Positions 47,967-57,504 of a stretch of 64,000 nucleotides of DNA are shown here, piece by piece. The stretch spans positions 2,170,001 to 2,234,000 of the forward strand of contig NC_000964.3 in NCBI RefSeq assembly GCF_000009045.1, read 5' to 3'. The DNA is from Bacillus subtilis subsp. subtilis str. 168. GTDB taxonomy: Bacteria > Bacillota > Bacilli > Bacillales > Bacillaceae. Each line of letters opens with the position of its first letter. Within the stretch, counting starts at the first letter, position 1. The translations under genes were made by a program, and so were the position numbers. The notes below the pieces were generated by a model. The model had not been told where the DNA came from. It saw nothing but the letters and a program-made list of their open reading frames with translations, and did no database searches.

Positions 47967-49199
47967 TTATCTCTGGTTCTCTAACCAATCCATTAACAGC
48001 TTTCTCATTCGTGATGATGGGACATATATATTAATATCCTGTCCATTTCTTATAGCTGATCTCCAAATCCATTGAATCATCTCAGATAAAGCAAAATTGT
48101 CCTCGTTTATGATTATTCCCTTGGATCTAAAATAATCATCAATTGCAGGATTAACGAATCTGTTTATTGAATAAACCAAAGATCTTTTGTGACTGTATTC
48201 GTTCGTTGCTTTGATGTTACAGGCTAAAAAGCCTTTCGTATAACCTTTCCCACTTAGTTTACTTTTATGTGATTTAAAAGTTGTCCAAAGATTACCCTTA
48301 GACTTTGATTTAAGTATATTCTGGTAGTAATTCAGAATATTATTCTTAAGCCGTTTATGTAACACTGAACGTTTTTCAAACCAGTTTTTTGATAATGCAT
48401 AATAATCATCACCAATTTTATTCAAGTCACCTTCATATATTTTAATTTTATGTCTTAGGACATCCTTCTTTGCTTTATCAAATTGCCTACTGTGCTGCAT
48501 TAATTTATAACTGTCATTGTCTTTGACTACTGCATAAAGTTCATATTCTATTCCGTTAATGTCATAATAATATTTCTGAATCTGAGCATCAAACAAATAT
48601 GTAAGATTATAGACCTGTTTAAATTGGGCAAAGATGTCTGCAGGAAACTGCCAAAACAATACAGACTCATTATGCAAAATTAAGTTTTTACTCTTGGCCA
48701 AATGTTTAAGTGTTTGGAACTCTCCTTTATATTCCCTATTAAGATTTCTTTCTTGTTCATCATTCCAAATGATTGTGCCATTATTGTTCTTAATCCATTC
48801 ATTTTGGAACAGCATATCCAGATCATCCTTGGATATATTTAATTTCTTAACCACTTCCATAGTTTCATCCAGGATAAGAGTATAATTGCCTGAGTAAATC
48901 AATTCTTTAGTTGTTTCATTAGCCATACTGAATAAAGCATGAGTTGTTACAATGTCATTGTTATCTGCTAAATGTTTATGTAATGAATCCAGTTTATAGA
49001 GCGTTTCCCCTTCCTCACTATGTATTTTTGGTTCGTAAAACTTTCTATTCGTACATGACCTCTTTATTCTTGTTACCTCATCAAGATATGGTGTGATAAA
49101 GATAAAATGCTCATTCTTTGGTGCCTCATTCATCATCTTAATAATGTAAGTTGTTTTACCAGATCCCATAATAGAATCGATAACTTTAACTCTTTCCAT
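47967..49199 (-). CDS. yonV: SF2-like P-loop helicase/ATPase
   Basis: IMGSGKTT Walker A, LILDE Walker B, C-terminal QWIWRSAIR. Confidence 0.82.
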   Translation of the reverse strand: MERVKVIDSIMGSGKTTYIIKMMNEAPKNEHFIFITPYLDEVTRIKRSCTNRKFYEPKIHSEEGETLYKLDSLHKHLADNNDIVTTHALFSMANETTKELIYSGNYTLILDETMEVVKKLNISKDDLDMLFQNEWIKNNNGTIIWNDEQERNLNREYKGEFQTLKHLAKSKNLILHNESVLFWQFPADIFAQFKQVYNLTYLFDAQIQKYYYDINGIEYELYAVVKDNDSYKLMQHSRQFDKAKKDVLRHKIKIYEGDLNKIGDDYYALSKNWFEKRSVLHKRLKNNILNYYQNILKSKSKGNLWTTFKSHKSKLSGKGYTKGFLACNIKATNEYSHKRSLVYSINRFVNPAIDDYFRSKGIIINEDNFALSEMIQWIWRSAIRNGQDINIYVPSSRMRKLLMDWLENQR

Positions 49200-49280
49200 A
49201 TATCCTCCTTATATTTTAATTTTGTATCGAAAAATAAGGAACGATAATTGCCTTACCGCTCCCTTATTTATAACGCATAT

Positions 49281-49469
49281 TTAATTATCCTTGTGTTGCT
49301 GCATGATTAATACTGAATCATCTTGTTTTACTTTGCTTATCTCTTCTCTGTACTCTAAAAGGTCTTTATCAATTCTGACAGTTGCTTCTTTGATGGAGTC
49401 AATATCTTTCTTGAGCATTTCCAATTCCTTTGTTAGCTGCTGAATAGCATCCAGGAATTTTTTCTCCAA
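49281..49469 (-). CDS. yonU: Small coiled-coil protein (62 aa)
   Basis: GAGGTGA RBS, TTG start. Confidence 0.78.
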   Translation of the reverse strand: MEKKFLDAIQQLTKELEMLKKDIDSIKEATVRIDKDLLEYREEISKVKQDDSVLIMQQHKDN

Positions 49470-49513
49470 TCATCTCACCTCAATGATTTAATTATACCAT
49501 GAGGCCTATATGA

Positions 49514-49765
49514 TTAGTGTGACTTGTTTCTTAGTTTAAGGAATACACAATAGATGATCCATAACAATATGGCAATGATACATGTGACAACAAAAATTGT
49601 GTTGATTAGCGCCTGTCCTTCGCTGCTGAAGTAATCTTTGATGAGTTGAAACATTAAGAATAAGCCAATGAATGTGATATGGGTAAACCATAATGAGAAT
49701 CGTTTCATGTTTGCAATGTGCTTGATCATGTTATAATATGGGTAGGAACTAAAGGAGAAGTTCAT
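49514..49765 (-). CDS. yoyJ: Membrane protein, second gene of the yonT TA locus
   Basis: 83 aa, two TM segments, directly downstream of yonT. Confidence 0.78.
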   Translation of the reverse strand: MNFSFSSYPYYNMIKHIANMKRFSLWFTHITFIGLFLMFQLIKDYFSSEGQALINTIFVVTCIIAILLWIIYCVFLKLRNKSH

Positions 49766-49845
49766 TCCCCTTTAGCTTAGCTCTCATCGGCGTATACGTT
49801 GGCGTTGTCTCTTTGGTCGGAGCCGCTTGCGTATACGCTTTTTCT
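49744..49845 (+). ncRNA. SR6 antisense antitoxin RNA
   Basis: Extended -10 TGtTATAAT at 49729-49737; overlaps the yoyJ start and yonT 3' end; ends in a GCGTATACG hairpin plus T-run; known SR6 arrangement; ends approximate. Confidence 0.6.
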
Positions 49846-49960
49846 TTTTGCTTGTCCCATTCTTTAGGTTTCTTACCTTCTCAACTATTGTTAGACTGTT
49901 GATTGTAAGAACCGTTAAAGATATGAGGAAAGCAACTACGATACCCATTTTCTCAAGCAC
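49784..49960 (-). CDS. yonT: Type I toxin (58 aa, GTG start)
   Basis: One TM helix plus very basic tail; AGGAGGTG RBS. Confidence 0.9.
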   Translation of the reverse strand: MLEKMGIVVAFLISLTVLTINSLTIVEKVRNLKNGTSKKKKRIRKRLRPKRQRQRIRR

Positions 49961-50008
49961 TATGTACACCTCCTTTCCTATGACTCTATTATAACATAAT
50001 TCATGATT

Positions 50009-50037
50009 TTTATATACATATTTTTTATATTTGTGGT
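50009..50037 (-). promoter_or_regulatory. SPBRE upstream of yonT
   Basis: ACCACA-AATATAAAAAATATGTA-TATAAA. Confidence 0.72.
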
Positions 50038-50279
50038 AAGTTATTTGTGTGTTGATGGATGGTATTAAGATGCCTTGTGTGCTGTTTGAATGAACAAGAA
50101 TACAATTGGATTGGGAATTGATTAAGGATGCTTAGAGAGGTGTTATATTGGCTCTGAGAGCGTGTTAATGTATGAGTGTGATTAGGTGGAATGTATGATG
50201 GGATCCGGTGTAAATTTTTCGTCTTCTTTCCTCAAGAAGTGAAATATGATACAAGGTAAAGCCTCCTACCAACAAAATA

Positions 50280-50293
50280 AAAACTTATGTTCG
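50280..50293. promoter_or_regulatory. Putative LexA box between yonS and yonT
   Basis: CGAACATAAGTTTT on the - strand, one mismatch. Confidence 0.6.
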
Positions 50294-50310
50294 ACTTTAT
50301 TTTCTAAAGA

Positions 50311-50336
50311 AAAGCCCCAAAATAGGGCTTGTTTTT
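50311..50336 (-). terminator. Terminator after yonS
   Basis: AAGCCC-caaaata-GGGCTT with flanking A/T runs. Confidence 0.6.
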
Positions 50337-50946
50337 AATGCTCTAAGTTAATTTTTAAGTCTAGCTTGTCCCCTAAATTCTTTAAGTCCTCATTAAATGG
50401 AGAAGAGATTCTCAGCCGAATTGATTCTAAATCTTTTATATCCTCTTCGTTATCAAAAACATATATGATGGATCCACTATCATTTACTTTTCCTACGTAC
50501 TCGTCGAGAAGCCTGTCACTTTCCAACAATGATGGCTCATCGATTTGTACCCCAGTGCTTGTTGCTAATTGTGCTAGACTTGGTCTGAAACGAACTACTT
50601 CATCAGATGTATTTTCTGATTCAATTTGAACATCAATAAAAGGTAGTTGTTCGTTGGCAACAGCGGCAATTACTTTTTTTACAGTAAATTGGATCGGGCC
50701 AGTTTTCACAGTGGTTTCTTTATTGCTGATGGCCATTACTTTAGCTGTACCACCATCAATTTCATAAACATCCCCAACTTTTTCAGGACCATTAACTGAG
50801 ATGTCTTGGCTTTCTGATGTGTTGGTATCAGTTGCATTGTTTGTGTCTTCTGATGATGAAGAAGACTCTTCACTATTTTTGCAAGCTGCGAGCAATATCA
50901 GTGAAGTGATTAATAGTAAAATCCCCAATTTTTTAAACAATTTCAT
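50335..50946 (-). CDS. yonS: Lipoprotein (203 aa)
   Basis: Lipobox LLAAC; Ser/Thr-rich linker. Confidence 0.88.
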   Translation of the reverse strand: MKLFKKLGILLLITSLILLAACKNSEESSSSSEDTNNATDTNTSESQDISVNGPEKVGDVYEIDGGTAKVMAISNKETTVKTGPIQFTVKKVIAAVANEQLPFIDVQIESENTSDEVVRFRPSLAQLATSTGVQIDEPSLLESDRLLDEYVGKVNDSGSIIYVFDNEEDIKDLESIRLRISSPFNEDLKNLGDKLDLKINLEH

Positions 50947-51060
50947 TTCCCCTTTTTACTCCAGTTATTTTTTCTTTTCTTTCATTTAACTTAATGGTGT
51001 TAAACAGTTTGTTTTCTTTTTATTAAACAAATGTTTTACCAGAAGAATTAAGAATAGCTA

Positions 51061-51387
51061 CTAATGTTCTTCGAACTCTTTTTTTAAAAGATAATACAGT
51101 AACTCTTTAGCTTGCTCTTCCGAGATCATTCCATTATATCCAGCAATTAAAGTCTCTGGATCATTTAATATCTCATCGAGATCAAATTGTGCATGTGTGC
51201 CTTTTAGAAGAAAGTCAGTAGATACTCCTAATATATTGCTTAATTTAGTAAGGGTTTTTAAATCAGGTTCAGCCTTACCAATTTCATATTTCCCATATCC
51301 CTGTCTCGTAATTCCTAAGAAATCCGCCATCCGTTGCTGGCTATATCCTTTGGAGGTACGGCATTTTTTTAAACGTTCTCCAAACAT
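51061..51387 (-). CDS. yonR: XRE/CI-like HTH repressor (108 aa)
   Basis: MFGERLKKCR..YSQQRMADFLGITRQGYGKYE.G..EPD. Confidence 0.92.
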   Translation of the reverse strand: MFGERLKKCRTSKGYSQQRMADFLGITRQGYGKYEIGKAEPDLKTLTKLSNILGVSTDFLLKGTHAQFDLDEILNDPETLIAGYNGMISEEQAKELLYYLLKKEFEEH

Positions 51388-52284
51388 AGTAGGTTCCTCA
51401 CTTTGACAATTATTATATAAGCAAATAGTTTCGTAAACAAAAAGAAGCAAAAAGTTTCATAAAATATATCGGGAGAAACTAAAGGTTTCTTTAATTGTTA
51501 ACAGTGTAGAAACAAACTGTTTACAGAAGGAGATGTTGATTTGAAAAAGAGAACCTTAGTTAAAGACAAGTTGCTGACTACCTTTCAAGGCTGAGATGGT
51601 CAGTAAATACAAGGGTTATATATGAAGATATGATATAGTAATGTAAGTGGATAAGAATAAATTATGTCTTCGATTCCCTCGGATTCGTTATAAATACGAT
51701 TATTTTTAATGAATGGTTATTCATTTTTAAATTGAAAAACAATTTATTTTTTAAAAATTAATTCTTGTGTTTGACCTGGAATTATGATAGCATTGGTGCA
51801 GACCTGCCCAAGTCATTAAATGCACGTATAATGTTCCTTATACACGCATTACAATACCAATATATGGGGGTATATTTACATCTAATGGTAAAATTAAGGG
51901 AACAGATGTACCCATAGCACTTCCATTTCCACACCCTATCCAAATTTTCATTTTCCTAATTCCACCTCAAAATCACCCTTTTTCACATCGTAATCGCTAT
52001 CGTAAAAGCCTTAAATATCAACATTTTCCCCTCTTCAAATTTACTCGATTTCTTCAATATTTAGATAAAGCAACCACTTTCCCCTACTCTCACTTATGTT
52101 TTACGATCGTTTATCCCCTAATCACCATTCGATACAGCAAATCTCCTTATGTTTACTGGCTTTTTAAACTCTTTAATATTTTTTACGATAAGCATGTTTT
52201 TAGATTACGATAATCCCCCCTTCTCTAAATGCTTCAGAATTCACCTCTTAACCTGGAGCTATTAACACACTAGCGAAAAAACAA

Positions 52285-52313
52285 TAGACAAATACAAATA
52301 ATATGTATATAAT
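52285..52313 (+). promoter_or_regulatory. SPBRE promoter/operator driving yonP-yonO
   Basis: TAGACA-AATACAAATAATATGTA-TATAAT; degenerate copy at 52533-52551 just before yonO. Confidence 0.88.
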
Positions 52314-52339
52314 AAATCCATAAGTGAGGAGGTGAGATA

Positions 52340-52534
52340 ATGCAAAAGGATTCAGAGAAAGTAACGTACATGTTTAGTAATTTAATTGGATTTTTAGAGA
52401 CTGCTATTATTGAAGGAACTGCTTCACAAGAAGAAAACACTCTTTATGAGGACTATAAACTATTTGGAACAATCGATAAAAAGAGCTATACATATAAAAA
52501 TCTTGTACATAAGTATCTAAAAAGCGATTATTAA
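52340..52534 (+). CDS. yonP: Hypothetical protein (64 aa)
   Basis: GAGGAGGTGA RBS. Confidence 0.82.
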   Translation: MQKDSEKVTYMFSNLIGFLETAIIEGTASQEENTLYEDYKLFGTIDKKSYTYKNLVHKYLKSDY

Positions 52535-52573
52535 ATCAAAAAATATGCATAAAAGTAATAAGGGGAGAATTTA

Positions 52574-55093
52574 TTGAAAGGAAAAAAAGACGGCCTAAAT
52601 AAACAAGTACATATTTACAGTATTGACACTTCTGCTTTTTATAATGATCAAGAAAACAAATTACATAACAAGATTTTAAAATCATATAGGTACAGAGATC
52701 ATCTCAGAAAACTTGAACATGTTGATAAAAAACATAAGAAGTACATAACGCAAAGGATTATTTCCTTAAAAGAAAAGCTTTATAACGCCTTTAACGATCA
52801 TAATCAAATAAGAACACTTAGAACAGATTCTCTGAAAGATAATAATGTGATTTCATTATTTGATTCAGTCTTAACTCGAACGCTGGGAATCAAAGAAAAC
52901 TCTCTCTCTGAAGAGATCATGGTTGTCCAAACTTATCACTTTCAAATTTTAAGGGACATTATTGATAAAGGATTCATACATAACAATGAGAAATACGTTT
53001 ATTTCACTAGCAGTGCCGGTCAAATAAGAACAAAAAAATCTTGTTTTATCAAACAAAGCACCTTAGATAAGTATCAAAATGCTTTAACTTGTGGTCTTAG
53101 TGTGGAGCATATCAATGCTCAAGGTGGAAGCAGCATAAACAAATGGAATAGCTACATGGCCTTATCGAATAGCGCCAGCAGTTCATGGGAAATTGATATT
53201 GATAAAGCAATTGTCGTAAATGACTTAGAAACAAATGTTTCCAGCCTAGTTGATTATATTGACCGGGATACATATGAAATCACACGTAAGATTATGGATA
53301 TTCCTATAGAACATACAGATGGTTGTGGAATGATGCTCCCTAGTTTGAGTCAGAAAAGCTTTATGGTCAGATTACCTTGGGTTAAGGGTCTACTTGTTCC
53401 ATTTGACTTTAGAAAGTTTGCTGAAAAACACAGTTCATTTATAGTTAAAGACGTCTACGGTAAAGAATGGGACATTATTAAAGATGATATCCAAATAATT
53501 TTTACGAAAAGCCAGTTTAAGATGTGGAAGTACTATGATTCTTGGGATGATTATCGCTATAAATTTAAAAAGTATGGATGTTTAGGAGCTAAATTAAATG
53601 AAGAAGATCCATCTGTTGAGGGAAAACTGACTTACCAGATGCTACAAACACTCACGGATATCACAGATGAGGAATTGAAACAAATCAGCTCAAAGACTGT
53701 TAGTGAGATTACTCAATTAGGCACTGATAAAGAAACAATGATGAAAGTTTTAGGGGCTACCGAGAAAAATAAACATAAGACAAGCCTTCAAGAAGCTCTA
53801 CTAATATATCCTGAGCTGCTAAATGATGATCACACCAAAGAAATCATTAAGAATAAGAAGAAGAGTATGATTAAGGACGCCAAATCAGGAAAATTACTTG
53901 TCAGTGACGCCCGGTATACATATTTATGTCCTGACCTATATGCTTTTTGTGAAAGATTGTTTCTTGGAATTGAGAGTCCAAAAGGACTACTTTCAGGAAG
54001 CGATGTCCATTGTTCTTTATATGATGAAGGGTATATTGATATCCTCCGCTCCCCTCACCTATTCAGAGAGCATGGTGTTAGGTGGAACAAGAAAAATGAG
54101 GAATATGAAAAGTGGTTCATTACCCCAGGTGTTTATACCAGCATTCATGATCCGATATCCAAGCTGCTGCAGTTTGACAATGACGGGGATAAGGCCTTAA
54201 TTATTTCTGATGAGCTAATCGTCAATATTGCCAAGCGTAATATGGCGGACATCGTTCCTTTGTATTATGAAATGTCTGTAGCCCAGAAACAAGAGATTAA
54301 TAGCAGAAACATCTATGAAGCACTAACTCTTGCTTATGGAATCAATATCGGGGAGTACAGTAACAACATCACTAAGATATGGAACAGTGACAATATAAAC
54401 CTGGACGTGATCAAATGGTTATGCATGGAGAATAACTTTACTATCGATTTTGCAAAAACCTTATTCATGCCCACCCGCCCTGATCACGTTGATGAGAAAA
54501 TCAAAGATTACATAAAAAATAAAGTGCCCCACTTCTTCATCAATGCAAAGGATAAAGAAGAACATAGCGTAGAATCGATTAATGAAAGTACAGTAAATAA
54601 GTTAGACTCCATTATCCCTTCTGACCGAATCAACTTTGCTGCAGTTGCAGGAAAATTTGATTACCGCTTCTTACTCAAAAACAAAGAGATTAAACTTAAT
54701 GAAGCCGTAATAAATGAATATAAACGTCTTGATCGAAATAAAAAATGGCTTATGAATGATGAAGAAGCTAAACCAGGACAAAAACTTTATGTCTATAAGA
54801 TTATCAAACAAAAACTATTGGAAATACATAATGATGACGGATTTATTACAGATGTATTGGTAAAACATCTATATAAGAAAAAAAGTAAATACAAATCGAC
54901 ACTGTGGGAGTGCTTTGGCGATATTGTACTGGAGAACATTAAGCATAATTTAAAGACCTTTAAAGGATGCTGTATTTGTGGAAAAGCTTTTAAGCCAACA
55001 TCTAACAAAGCGAAGTACTGTCAGTCTTGTGGAAAGAAAAAAGAACGTGACAAATACAAAAAATATAACAAAAAGAGAATTAACCACCGTTAG
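52574..55093 (+). CDS. yonO: Single-subunit DNA-dependent RNA polymerase (late transcription)
   Basis: TDGCG, LRSPH and catalytic FDNDGD motifs; C-terminal CxxC/CxxC; 839 aa. Confidence 0.95.
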
Positions 55094-55336
55094 AAAGTGC
55101 CTTGAGCCTTACTCCCCCAAGGTGTACAGCGATTTTACCGAAAAAAACTTCAACAAAAAAGTGTCTTTATCCCTTGGTGCTACTGGGTTGAGAGCACTTT
55201 TGGAGATAATCGTCATAAGGGAGACAGAAAGCTAATTTCCACATAAAAGGGCTAGTACGTTTCCCCCGTCTATATAAAAGACAATCTTTATTGTTCATTT
55301 AGAATAAATTTAATAATACTTAGGAGGAAATTGATT

Positions 55337-55615
55337 ATGAATAAAACAGAACTAATCGCTAAAGTGGCAGAAAAACAAGGGGTATCTAAAAAAGAAGGAG
55401 CTCCCAGTGTCGAAAAAGTCTTTGACACTATTTCAGAGGCATTAAAAAGTGGAGAAAAAGTAAGTATTCCTGGTTTCGGAACATTTGAAGTTCGTGAACG
55501 CGCAGCTCGTAAAGGGAGAAATCCCCAGACAGGAGAGGAAATTGATATTCCGGCTACAAAAGCACCTGCATTTAAGCCAGCAAAAGCACTTAAAGACGCA
55601 GTCAAAGCTAAATAA
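55337..55615 (+). CDS. yonN: HU-like DNA-binding protein
   Basis: [33 protein letters not shown]. Confidence 0.97.
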   Translation: MNKTELIAKVAEKQGVSKKEGAPSVEKVFDTISEALKSGEKVSIPGFGTFEVRERAARKGRNPQTGEEIDIPATKAPAFKPAKALKDAVKAK

Positions 55616-55619
55616 TCAG

Positions 55620-57280
55620 TTAATGAGGACGACAGGAAAGGCTACCTGCACGCTTTGTCACAAAGAGCTTATGCTCCTAAAAGTGGCAGAGTTGGAAGTT
55701 ATGGAGGAAATTGTCGACCTCCCCTCTTTTCGCTTTTCATCTTCAACTCCGGGTTAATTAATTATAGTTATTTATTTATGGCATGGGGGTGCCGTCAATA
55801 ATTAGTTGATTACTGATATTTGGGATATCAGTTCTCGACTAATGTTCATTTATGAAGGTAAAGACTAATCTAAATGAATATTAGTGGAGATTCCTCTCCA
55901 GTGTGAACTAGCTTTTCTCGATTAAACAATATCTACTCCCTTCTTTTCTGTATCATTCTGACACAAAACTGCGGCTGGTCATTGCAGTTAGTCGGATAAT
56001 AGTCATTTATGAGGGTGCGAGGTTAACTCGGATGTCTGTATCTTCAGGAGACAGATAAATGGCTATTATCGGGCTAAACATGTCGGTAAGACCTTTGCTA
56101 CTCAAGTTTTTTATGTAGGGTGAATCCCATCACAGTCTTACTATGGGTGACATGTATCCCTGAATATTAATTGCGGTGTACTGCTTCGGCTTACACTTAG
56201 GGAATGTAGATGCGTCTCCCTTCCCTTTAAATAATGCCCTTGTAAGCTTCGATGCTTATTATGCGGTCAACAAAATTTTTCCGGGTAAACGAGGCTTTGA
56301 AATTACATACCCTCGTAAAATAAGTGATATGGTTTTGGGCGCTTGATCACCGCTGTCATTTCACAGAAAAGGATTATTTTCGGTCTTGCCTTTTCCTTTC
56401 ACTTAGTAACATATTCGCTACTTTTCCTTCAAGAAACTTACCTTTCCCATGCACATACCTCCTTACACGGGTCAGAGAAAACTGTGCAAAATAAATGGCG
56501 AGAGTTTGAGACGCTTTGTTTCTCAATAAGGCGTGTAACCTGACAAGAGAGACTGAAAACGCCATTGAGAAGGCTTATAATGGGTCTTTCCTTCTCATTA
56601 TTGGTGTTTCGCCACCATAATGTGTCGAGGTTTAGAGTTAGTATTTCATTGTCTGATCGAGAGTAGCCGATTAATCCCGCGTGGGGGACACTAAAGATAC
56701 CGCGATACGTCCAGCTTTGGGATTCCTTCCATTGCCGCTACTAATCAAGGCTTCACTGTGAATTCAGAGATTTTACACAGTTCTTAAATGAATTAGCTCA
56801 TCTGCCATGTGCAGAAGGAGAATCAGTTTTCGCACAGCGATTACCGGTTTATATGCTCATGTACCATGATGTACAAGGAGTTCCTGAAGACGTTATTTTG
56901 GCGTCTTTTGATATTTCGACTTACTTATAGTTTGTCAACTGCAAAGGTTTCAGTCGCTGAACCCGTAATCAGCGTAATCCCTGTCGATCTGAAGGCTTGC
57001 GTCCCAACGTGAGCTAATGACGTAGGTGAAACGGGGTTAGAATGTAATCAGAACAAGGTCATCTAAATCGTTAGAAGGCCTTTTTGTGCTTGCGTTTTAC
57101 TGATCAGCCGGAATGTGTTTACGAGCCTTCCGGTACGCAAGTTATCAATAATCTCCTTCGGGCGTTTCCCCAACGCCTATCCGACTTATCTTTCATCTCC
57201 TTTATATCCCCTTCTCGGACGTTACCGATGCTTCGGATCATCGGGCTTCCGAAGGAGCTTATTGTACGTAAATAGAAAAT
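55620..57280 (+). ncRNA. Putative large structured non-coding RNA (about 1.7 kb)
   Basis: No credible ORF; many stems with + strand G-U pairs, UUCG loops and long-range helices (see findings); ends approximate. Confidence 0.6.
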
Positions 57281-57296
57281 TATTGGAGGAATTTAA

Positions 57297-57488
57297 ATGG
57301 CAAGCAAAAAAGTACATCAAATTAATGTTAAAGGCTTTTTTGATATGGACGTAATGGAAGTTACTGAACAAACTAAAGAAGCTGAATACACATATGATTT
57401 CAAAGAAATTCTTTCAGAGTTTAATGGAAAAAATGTTTCAATTACTGTAAAAGAAGAAAATGAACTTCCTGTTAAAGGCGTTGAGTAA
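57297..57488 (+). CDS. yonK: Hypothetical protein (63 aa)
   Basis: GGAGG RBS. Confidence 0.85.
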   Translation: MASKKVHQINVKGFFDMDVMEVTEQTKEAEYTYDFKEILSEFNGKNVSITVKEENELPVKGVE

Positions 57489-57504
57489 GGAGATGACTGA
57501 CTGA

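Noticed and set aside
55620-57280. tRNA genes or a CRISPR array in the long intergenic region
   Set aside because: No T-loop GTTCRA/cloverleaf and no regularly spaced direct repeats seen here or elsewhere in the window
55485-57354. Track ORFs at 55485, 56343, 56374, 56809, 57084 and 57115 as genes
   Set aside because: Short, no proper RBS, no recognisable motifs, and they overlap paired regions; better explained by a non-coding structured RNA
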